This document shows positions 57,640 through 64,000 of a stretch of DNA of 64,000 bases, in pieces. A program made the position numbers and the translations under genes. The DNA is from an uncultured Gammaproteobacteria bacterium (lineage in GTDB: Bacteria > Patescibacteriota > Microgenomatia > UBA8517). The notes beneath the pieces were generated by a model. It had not been told where the DNA came from. It worked only from the letters and a program-made list of their open reading frames with translations, and searched no databases. Every line of letters starts with the position of its first letter. Position 1 is the stretch's first letter. The DNA is taken from contig CAYHMW010000002.1 in NCBI GenBank assembly GCA_964357925.1, positions 23,367-87,366 on the forward strand. The letters are read 5' to 3'.

Positions 57640-59151
57640 CTAGTGAGTGTTCCTTTGAAAGGCATCAAAACTTGTAGTTCGCTTCAAAGGTGATGGGTCA
57701 ATATTTTGAAGCTCAGAAATCGAGTTTACATTCCTAAAAACCATCGCAAGAATTGCATCCTCAATCAGTAAGTGCAAATTATAAGTTAAAGTCGGCAAGG
57801 CATGTTTTACATAACTTTTTGTGGCACGGGCCGTCTCTCCCTCAACAAATGATGGCACATTAAATGGCAACAATTTGCCATCAAGATACTTTGTCCGAGC
57901 TGAAGCTTCACCGCCATAGGGCTTAAATAGCTCACCCTTTTCGTCAACGCAATACAAGCCCCCTCCAGGAGACTCTATTGTTCCCCCAGAGACTACTCTT
58001 GAAACACTTATTCCCGAGGCTCCCAATAAAAGTGTTGCTGCCACATGATCAGATGCCCCTCCCTCAACAATTATTGGAATGTGAATTTTTCCACGCAAAT
58101 TCCATACAAGCTCTGGCCAATCAATGACAGATCCACTGCGTACGCCCGTAATACACCGGCCTCCACCACCAATCCCAATATAAAGTCCATCAGCGCCAGC
58201 TTCCTCTGCCTCAACACACTGGCGGTCATCAACCATCATCCCGGCGAAAATCTCAATTTCACCTGAAAAAGTTTTTCGAAGTGCTCGAATTGAGTTTACT
58301 ACTCCAGTTCCAGGCTCTGGAGAGTAAACTCGAAATGTTCGTACACCAGCTGAGTACAAAATATGTGCACGCTTCACAACATCCTCAGGAGTAGCCCCTA
58401 GAGTACCACAAACATTTTTTCTCCAGAGGGTAGATATGAATTCTCTATCAGATCGACCGCGAAGCAGATCCCGTTCAAGCTCGTCAAGCCAGTCAAAAAC
58501 TTCTCTTGCCAAATCGGCCTGTCTTGTAACGTCAGCTGTTACACCGTTTCTTGGGATGCATGCCAGACAGTGTGAAGCGGCCATAGTAGAAATCGAAGCG
58601 GCGCTATTCCAAACATCAGGCGATGCAGAGCCAACAAAGAGACTCCTTGCTTGCCGCCCAAGCTTCACAAATGGTCCATCAGCGTACCGCTCGTTCCGGC
58701 TGCGACGCTCCGTCTGACTCCCGCAAACGCTAGCACCAAGATCTCCAATTGATATCGAAAGCCCTGTGTTTTTTGCGTATTCAAAAGTCGTGCTTGAAAC
58801 GATTTTTGGAGCGCTGAATTCTTCTTTGTCAACATGTCTCAAAGCACGAACGCGGTAAGGGTGATTAAACATCTCCAAAAAAAGTCTCCTTAATCTTAGA
58901 GTTTGTACAATTTCTTCAAAAGGCAAAAGCTGCTTGGATTTATACTTTAAATAGTCATGAGGAGTTGTGAGCAGTCCTTGTGATGGATAAACATGTTTAT
59001 CCTCTTTACTAAATGCCAACCAGGGAGATAAATAAACCTCAGTATCGCGCTCGCGAGGTTTCAAGATTGCTTTTATCTTGCGTTCGCCAATTTCAGGGTC
59101 TCGAAGATCATAAAAGTCCCTTTTTGCTTTCTCAATTCTTGGCCCAAGCAT
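57640..59151 (-). CDS. IMP dehydrogenase/GMP reductase-family protein lacking CBS domains, with an N-terminal extension of about 200 aa of unknown function
   Basis: Catalytic loop GIGGGGRCITG (cf. GSGSICIT), IPIIVEGGASDHVAATLLLGASGISVSRVVSGGTIESPGG (cf. IADGGI...KALALGAS...GSLLAGT.E.PGE) and KPYGGEAS (cf. YRGMGS). Start taken at Met65 (59151) of the 567-aa ORF so that it does not overlap the divergent rdgB. The core is visibly more GC-rich than its flanks. Confidence 0.65.
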   Translation of the reverse strand: MLGPRIEKAKRDFYDLRDPEIGERKIKAILKPRERDTEVYLSPWLAFSKEDKHVYPSQGLLTTPHDYLKYKSKQLLPFEEIVQTLRLRRLFLEMFNHPYRVRALRHVDKEEFSAPKIVSSTTFEYAKNTGLSISIGDLGASVCGSQTERRSRNERYADGPFVKLGRQARSLFVGSASPDVWNSAASISTMAASHCLACIPRNGVTADVTRQADLAREVFDWLDELERDLLRGRSDREFISTLWRKNVCGTLGATPEDVVKRAHILYSAGVRTFRVYSPEPGTGVVNSIRALRKTFSGEIEIFAGMMVDDRQCVEAEEAGADGLYIGIGGGGRCITGVRSGSVIDWPELVWNLRGKIHIPIIVEGGASDHVAATLLLGASGISVSRVVSGGTIESPGGGLYCVDEKGELFKPYGGEASARTKYLDGKLLPFNVPSFVEGETARATKSYVKHALPTLTYNLHLLIEDAILAMVFRNVNSISELQNIDPSPLKRTTSFDAFQRNTH

Positions 59152-59181
59152 ACAAATACAGTTATATAGTACACTGTCACC

Positions 59182-59736
59182 ATGAACAAGCTCCTTTTTG
59201 GCACAACGAATCAGGGAAAGCTCCGTGAGGCCGAAAACATACTGGGGATTGAACTTGATGGCATTAGTCTTGAAATTGATGAAGTCCAATCTCTTGATCG
59301 AACATTGGTAGCTACAAAAAAAGCAGAAGCCTATTTTGCACAAATTAAAAAACCATTATTTATCGAAGACACTTCGCTTGTGTTCAACACATTAGGAAAT
59401 TTGCCTGGCACATTTATTGATTACTTTTTGAAAGAACTCGGAAACGACGGTCTACTTAAATTATTGAAAAACAACAAAGATCGTAAGTCCACAGCAACTG
59501 TGTGTATCGTCTATATCGATAAAAATCAAAAACAACTATTTACAGGTGAAACTAAAGGTACTATTTCATTAAGAACCAAGGGTAACAAGGGTTTTGGCTG
59601 GGACCCAATATTTATCCCAAATGGCTCCAAAAAAACCTTTGGCGAGATGAACATTGAAGAGAAAAACAAGTATTCTATGAGACGCAAAGCTCTTGAGAAG
59701 TTCAAAAAGCGGCTAGATAAAGCATACCCACAATAA
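59182..59736 (+). CDS. rdgB: non-canonical purine NTP pyrophosphatase (ITPase/XTPase, RdgB/Ham1 family)
   Basis: LLFGTTNQGKLREA N-terminal motif, FGWDPIF motif. Confidence 0.85.
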   Translation: MNKLLFGTTNQGKLREAENILGIELDGISLEIDEVQSLDRTLVATKKAEAYFAQIKKPLFIEDTSLVFNTLGNLPGTFIDYFLKELGNDGLLKLLKNNKDRKSTATVCIVYIDKNQKQLFTGETKGTISLRTKGNKGFGWDPIFIPNGSKKTFGEMNIEEKNKYSMRRKALEKFKKRLDKAYPQ

Positions 59737-59812
59737 GGACCCGTAACTCAGAGGCCAGAGTGTTCGATTCACATTCGAAAAGTCGATGGTTCAAATCCAT
59801 CCGGGTCCACCA
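59737..59812 (+). tRNA. tRNA-Val (anticodon CAC), CCA encoded
   Basis: Hand-folded cloverleaf. Acceptor GGACCCG/CGGGTCC. D-stem ACTC/GAGT. Anticodon stem TTCGA/TCGAA with loop TTCACAT. T-stem GATGG/CCATC with T-loop TTCAAAT. Discriminator A plus CCA. Confidence 0.8.
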
Positions 59813-59844
59813 AGTGCGCCTGCCCGCCTTTGGAGGGAGCACCC

Positions 59845-60519
59845 TTACTCCAACACAGCCTTCTCAAACTCACTTATAAAACTCAAAAACTCAGGGTGGG
59901 CTTCATGCACACCTGCTTTCATCTCCTCGCGAGTTACATCACCCAGTCTCGTATAAACATAAACCACCTGGCTGGTGCTCTGATCAAAAGTGTAATAAAC
60001 CCTGTGATACGAACTCGATGGAAAGTAAAAATACTCAGCAATCGCCCAATCGCGCCCACCGATATTTTTAAGTTCAACAGTGGCTTTCGGATTGCACCCA
60101 TAAAAAACAGCACAAGAAAGGGCCGTTTGTGAGCCGGGTTTAAGTTTCACAAATTGATCCACCTCATCATCAAGGTCGATCGTCCAGTCCAGACTCTCAA
60201 ATCCGGCAATAAAAGAACTTTCACCAGGAAAATACTTGTAAGAAGTTAAAGCTATGCGATCCTGATCAAATTCAAAGTAGGCAACCTCGCTCTTATTTTG
60301 ATCATGCACCACTTCTCCACCAAATACTTCGCCCAATTTATTACGCATATCTTGATACGCGTTTACCGGAGTTGCCGTAGGCCCGGGAATAAATTTGTCG
60401 TACCCAATATTGTTCTGTGAAAAAGAATAAAGAACTAATAAAACCAAAAGCATTATAAAAACCACAACAAGCAGAGCAGTAGGTAAAAATCCACGACGAA
60501 TCACTTTAAATTTCGACAT
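59845..60519 (-). CDS. hypothetical membrane-anchored protein
   Basis: Start taken at MSKFKV (60519), overlapping the upstream stop (ATGTCGAAATTTAA). TM helix FLPTALLVVVFIMLLVLLVLY. The ORF track allows extension to 60618. Confidence 0.45.
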   Translation of the reverse strand: MSKFKVIRRGFLPTALLVVVFIMLLVLLVLYSFSQNNIGYDKFIPGPTATPVNAYQDMRNKLGEVFGGEVVHDQNKSEVAYFEFDQDRIALTSYKYFPGESSFIAGFESLDWTIDLDDEVDQFVKLKPGSQTALSCAVFYGCNPKATVELKNIGGRDWAIAEYFYFPSSSYHRVYYTFDQSTSQVVYVYTRLGDVTREEMKAGVHEAHPEFLSFISEFEKAVLE

Positions 60520-61915
60520 TAAATTTCCATAATACCGAAGACTCGATTCCACATCCTCCATCTTCAGTTTGTGCTGCCCAAGGATCCTCACTTTCACCAC
60601 TCCAGCCATTTGGATCAACCATCACAAAAGTACTACCATTTGGAGCGCTATATTTACACACTGACTTCTTGCTTATGTTAAATGAGACGGATTCGTTAAC
60701 TGCAATCTGACTTGCCAAATTATCCCAGTCCGACTTTTTCATTTTATTAAAAGCCGTAAGTCCAATGTCAGGAAGTTTAATCATCGAAGCAAAATGCAGA
60801 TGTTTTCCTGACGAATTTCCAGTCGATCCCATGCTACCTATTTGACCTGTTTCATCCGTTGTTGAGTCAAAACCGACATTAATTTCTTTCAAATGAGCAT
60901 AAAGCCCGTACAAGTTCTGATATTCATCGGTAGAATAGTCAACTATTACAACACAACCAAAAGGCCCCTTTGGTTTACATTTATCGTTGCCAACGCTCGG
61001 AATATCAAGCGATCTATAAACTACAGCTCCAACACCCACAGACCTTACGACGTCATCAGGAAAAGGTAAAAAATCCACACCAGTGTGAGAATCGTAACAA
61101 GCAGCACGGTTTGTATTACAATCAATAGGTAAGTATTCATCACCCAAAAAATTAACAAACGATTCTTTAGCTGGTTGATGGTCAAAAAGTGAGTTATAAC
61201 GATCAAAGAAAGCTTGAGCAAACGTCTCCGGATCATCTTCCCCCCGACCAGGATAGTCAAACGGAAGTTCAAATGGTCCAATGGGCTCTGTCCTCAAAGA
61301 AGTTACCCTTACATCATCAAACCAGACTTGAGTTGGGCCTACGTCCCCCGTACCAGCACGCAAGCCAACACGCCAATTATTAAATCTCGGTAAAGGATCA
61401 GTTGCACTGAGAACGGGTTCAGATGAATTATTTATGAACACGTTAATTAATTTATCGTCATTAACTACAATTCTGAAATTATAATCGAACCCGTTAAACA
61501 GAGGAAAGGTCGCTGAGTCCAACTCCCCATACCCTGTCTTATCTAAAATAAGCTGATTTGTCGCTCCAGTTGTGTGATGTATTTCCAAAAATTCCGAGGG
61601 TGATTTGTACTTAACTAAGATGTTTTTATCTACTCCTGACGCACCGCGCAAAGTCACTGAATACTCAATATTTTTCCAAGAATCATCCCATATATCCGGA
61701 AGTGAATTACTGACTCCCGACAAGCTAATACCATACCGACCATCTTGGACACTCCACCCAGGTACACCATCTACATGCCATCCACTCGCGTCACCATCAT
61801 TAAAGTTATCAGAGAACAGGACAATAGCTAAAGCGCTCGAGGGAGTCATCAAACACCATATATTTAAAAATAGCAACACCAAGAAAACTCCTCTCCAAGC
61901 AGTTCGACGTTTCAC
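60506..61915 (-). CDS. secreted M23-family (LytM/lysostaphin-like) metallopeptidase with an N-terminal beta-rich (lectin/LamG-like) domain
   Basis: Signal peptide MKRRTAWRGVFLVLLFLNIWCLMTPSSALA. M23 motifs HTGVDF (HxxxD) and GKHLHF (HxH). Confidence 0.75.
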   Translation of the reverse strand: MKRRTAWRGVFLVLLFLNIWCLMTPSSALAIVLFSDNFNDGDASGWHVDGVPGWSVQDGRYGISLSGVSNSLPDIWDDSWKNIEYSVTLRGASGVDKNILVKYKSPSEFLEIHHTTGATNQLILDKTGYGELDSATFPLFNGFDYNFRIVVNDDKLINVFINNSSEPVLSATDPLPRFNNWRVGLRAGTGDVGPTQVWFDDVRVTSLRTEPIGPFELPFDYPGRGEDDPETFAQAFFDRYNSLFDHQPAKESFVNFLGDEYLPIDCNTNRAACYDSHTGVDFLPFPDDVVRSVGVGAVVYRSLDIPSVGNDKCKPKGPFGCVVIVDYSTDEYQNLYGLYAHLKEINVGFDSTTDETGQIGSMGSTGNSSGKHLHFASMIKLPDIGLTAFNKMKKSDWDNLASQIAVNESVSFNISKKSVCKYSAPNGSTFVMVDPNGWSGESEDPWAAQTEDGGCGIESSVLWKFNVEI

Positions 61916-61978
61916 AACTTAGTCTATGTTTAATGAGAAACAAGTGTCAATAGTCACAACGTAATATAATATCAATGT

Positions 61979-62743
61979 ATGTTTACGATAAGAGACCCAT
62001 TTACGACTGAAATAATCAGAGACTATTTTGCAAAGAAAAATAAGGATGATTTATTCCTAAGTACATATAGACATGGTAAACCAGTCATAAAAGATCTAAA
62101 CACAAAGGCATTTTGGGACTTGAAGCTAAGTAACCCTACTCGCCATCCAGACAGTATGGCAAAGAGGCGTATACAATACGTTGCGAATATCATCAATAAC
62201 CGTAAAGGAAAATTTCTTAATATTGGCTTTGGATCCCTTGACTTGGAAAAGAAACTTAAACACGTACTCCCTAACAATATACACGGTGTCGACATTTCAA
62301 AATGGGCAGTTGACAATGCAACAAAAAATATAAAGGGGACATTCTTGCAAGCAAGTATTCAAAAGCTACCATTTAAAAACAATTTTTTTAATACAGTAAA
62401 CGCCTCAGAAGTTTTAGAACATCTTCCTGCGGACAAGGTATTAAATGCCTTGGGCGAAATAAATAGGGTCACAAAAATCAATGGTTTTATTATAGTTTCT
62501 GTACCTTTAAATGAAGGACTAGAAGAAATGATAACAAATGGATTGAACCCCAATGGGCACATGCGAGCTTACACAACCCCAATTATTTTAAAGGAAATTG
62601 AGGTATCAGGCTTCAGCATTCGCTCGACAAAACACCTTTTTGCATTTAATCGGCATTATTTTTTGAAAAACATACTTAGTCAAACTATCTGTCCCAAAAG
62701 ATGGGAGCCCAACAACATAATAGTAGTTGCTCAAAAGAAATGA
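61979..62743 (+). CDS. class I SAM-dependent methyltransferase
   Basis: Motif I FLNIGFGSLDL; post-I acidic; INGFIIVSVP motif. Confidence 0.65.
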   Translation: MFTIRDPFTTEIIRDYFAKKNKDDLFLSTYRHGKPVIKDLNTKAFWDLKLSNPTRHPDSMAKRRIQYVANIINNRKGKFLNIGFGSLDLEKKLKHVLPNNIHGVDISKWAVDNATKNIKGTFLQASIQKLPFKNNFFNTVNASEVLEHLPADKVLNALGEINRVTKINGFIIVSVPLNEGLEEMITNGLNPNGHMRAYTTPIILKEIEVSGFSIRSTKHLFAFNRHYFLKNILSQTICPKRWEPNNIIVVAQKK

Positions 62744-63717
62744 ACATTCTTTTCATTTCTCATTTTTACTACCCTCATATCGGAGGTGTGGAAAAACACA
62801 TCCAATTCCTCTCTAAAGAACTCCTGAAAGATCACCACAAAATTACTGTTATCACCTCCCTCCACGATCCTTCTCTCAAAGCTCACGAAATAATTGACGG
62901 CATTGAAGTCTTCCGCATTAGTGTCCCCAAAATTAAAATCCTCGGCCTACTAGATATATGGTGTTTATTGATCAAGCTGCGCAAGCTCATTAATATAGCT
63001 GATATTATTCATATCCACGATGTATTTATATGGGTACTTCCTCTTCGCTTAATTCACTTTAAAAAACAATTTTACCTGACACACCATGGCTGGGAAGGGG
63101 AGTACCCTATCCCATTTAATAAAATTTTGATCAAAAAACTAAGTAATGCGCTGTCAACAAAATCCATGGCAGTCGGCCACTATATAGAGAAATATTATGG
63201 AATCAAAACAAATTCGATTACTTACGGAGCAGTTAACCACCAGAAAGTTTCCCAAAAAAAACCAAACACTATTCTTTATCTCGGAAGACTAAGCACTGAC
63301 ACTGGCCTCACAATCTTATTGGAAGCATTTCCAAAACTAAAGAATTTCTCAATTTCTTTTTGCGGCAGCGGAGAACTGGAGAGCAAGTGCAAAAAAATTG
63401 GCAAAGTCGCAACAACAGTGAATCCAAATTTACTCCTTAAATCTACACAGTTTTGTATAGTAAGTGGTTACCTGTCGTTACTCGAAGCAATCTCTTGGAA
63501 CTGTATACCTGTTGCAATTTACGTCAACTCCCTCAAAAAAGATTATTTCAAGATGAGTCCATTTATAAAAGATATAATTTTAGTCAAAAGTGCAGATGAA
63601 CTTGTAGATGCAATAAAAAAAGCACATCAATCAAGCTTTCCAGGACCCAAGTTTAATGAATATTCTTGGTTTAACTTAAAAATGGAGTATTATAACCTCT
63701 GGAGACAGGAAAGATGA
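62740..63717 (+). CDS. glycosyltransferase, GT4-like (GT-B)
   Basis: Start at the internal ATG 62740 (MNILFISHFYYPHIGGVEKH, a typical GT4 N-domain), forming an ATGA junction with the upstream gene. Confidence 0.6.
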   Translation: MNILFISHFYYPHIGGVEKHIQFLSKELLKDHHKITVITSLHDPSLKAHEIIDGIEVFRISVPKIKILGLLDIWCLLIKLRKLINIADIIHIHDVFIWVLPLRLIHFKKQFYLTHHGWEGEYPIPFNKILIKKLSNALSTKSMAVGHYIEKYYGIKTNSITYGAVNHQKVSQKKPNTILYLGRLSTDTGLTILLEAFPKLKNFSISFCGSGELESKCKKIGKVATTVNPNLLLKSTQFCIVSGYLSLLEAISWNCIPVAIYVNSLKKDYFKMSPFIKDIILVKSADELVDAIKKAHQSSFPGPKFNEYSWFNLKMEYYNLWRQER

Positions 63718-64000
63718 AAGTAAGCGTCGTTGTAACTTTGCTCAACGAAGAGGGTTCTGTGGGAGATTTATTAGAATCGCTCTTGAATCAGAGCATGAGT
63801 CCGGATGAAATTGTTATTGTTGATGGCGGTAGTCACGACAATACTATTCCAATCATAAAAGGCTTTATCGCAACAAATAGGAAGATAAAACTATTGGAAA
63901 AACCAGGAAATATTGCCTCTGGCAGGAATCTTGCCATAGAGAAATCCAAGTACGACATAATTGCTCAAACAGACGGAGGTTGCGTGGCCGATCCGAATTG
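63714..64000 (+). CDS. glycosyltransferase family 2, partial (runs off the window end)
   Basis: MKVSVVVTLLNEEGSV...IVIVDGGSHDNT. There is no stop within the window, so it is absent from the ORF track. Confidence 0.7.
   Translation, partial: MKVSVVVTLLNEEGSVGDLLESLLNQSMSPDEIVIVDGGSHDNTIPIIKGFIATNRKIKLLEKPGNIASGRNLAIEKSKYDIIAQTDGGCVADPN

Noticed and set aside
57640-59151. Reading the high-GC IMPDH-family gene as definite horizontal transfer
   Set aside because: The protein is Gly/Ala/Arg-rich (GIGGGGR...). That alone raises GC in codon positions 1 and 2. Without a computed GC3 or codon-usage comparison, the claim stays a hypothesis.
59152-59343. Start of the IMPDH-family gene at 59343 (567 aa)
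   Set aside because: It would overlap the well-defined N-terminus of divergent rdgB by about 160 nt. Met65 at 59151 leaves a 30-nt divergent spacer.
1-64000. CRISPR arrays, rRNA genes, IS elements/transposases, integrases, toxin-antitoxin pairs
   Set aside because: I found no direct-repeat/spacer arrays, no transposase- or integrase-like translations, and no rRNA-like sequence while reading both strands. The only notable repeats are the 15-nt coding duplication at 23452 and the phased TGGTGA operator.

Overview
This 64-kb window is AT-rich and extremely gene-dense, with about 65 protein genes, one tRNA and no rRNA or CRISPR. Most junctions overlap (ATGA-type) and Shine-Dalgarno sites are rare. 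Nearly all genes from 4235 to 50006 run on the + strand. The standard genetic code appears to apply, because TGA is used as a stop codon. Three blocks are visible. (1) A glycan-assembly island of at least 27 kb (1..30246) has about 25 genes. It encodes a complete Wzx/Wzy-type pathway: a priming polyprenyl-phosphate sugar phosphotransferase, a Wzx-like flippase, a Wzy/O-antigen-ligase-like protein, six GT4 and four GT2/GT-A transferases, a ManC-like GDP-mannose pyrophosphorylase, a Zn-ribbon methyltransferase, a hexapeptide acetyltransferase, a HAD hydrolase and an SGNH esterase. It also carries six large multi-pass membrane proteins of the GT-C (ArnT/PMT/YfhO-like) type and a 691-aa ELRPTGGF-motif (DUF4012-like) exported protein. 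(2) A cell-division/cell-wall (dcw) cluster runs 34372..50006 in the order mraZ-rsmH-ftsL-ftsI-(glmU-N-like)-(PHP-like)-murE-(NlpC/P60-like)-murF-ddl-mraY-ftsW-murG-ftsQ-ftsA-ftsZ. It is preceded by a promoter and three 10-bp-phased TGGTGA direct repeats that fit a MraZ operator. (3) A housekeeping block follows: an Erm/KsgA-family rRNA adenine methyltransferase whose sequence looks Erm-like, type-2 ileS, rodA, rplU-rpmA, parB, lepB, an IMPDH/GMP-reductase-family protein with a long N-terminal extension and raised GC that is divergent from an ITPase (rdgB), tRNA-Val(CAC), a secreted M23 peptidase, and the start of a second glycosyltransferase locus. Also present are recO, a eukaryote-type alpha2 glyQS and a frameshifted pgpA-like gene. 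The gene content (many GT-C enzymes, N-terminally short Mur ligases, eukaryote-like GlyRS and IleRS, weak SD usage) suggests a small-genome Patescibacteria/CPR-like bacterium, but that is inference only. All calls rest on reading the supplied translations and recalling family motifs; no database search was possible.
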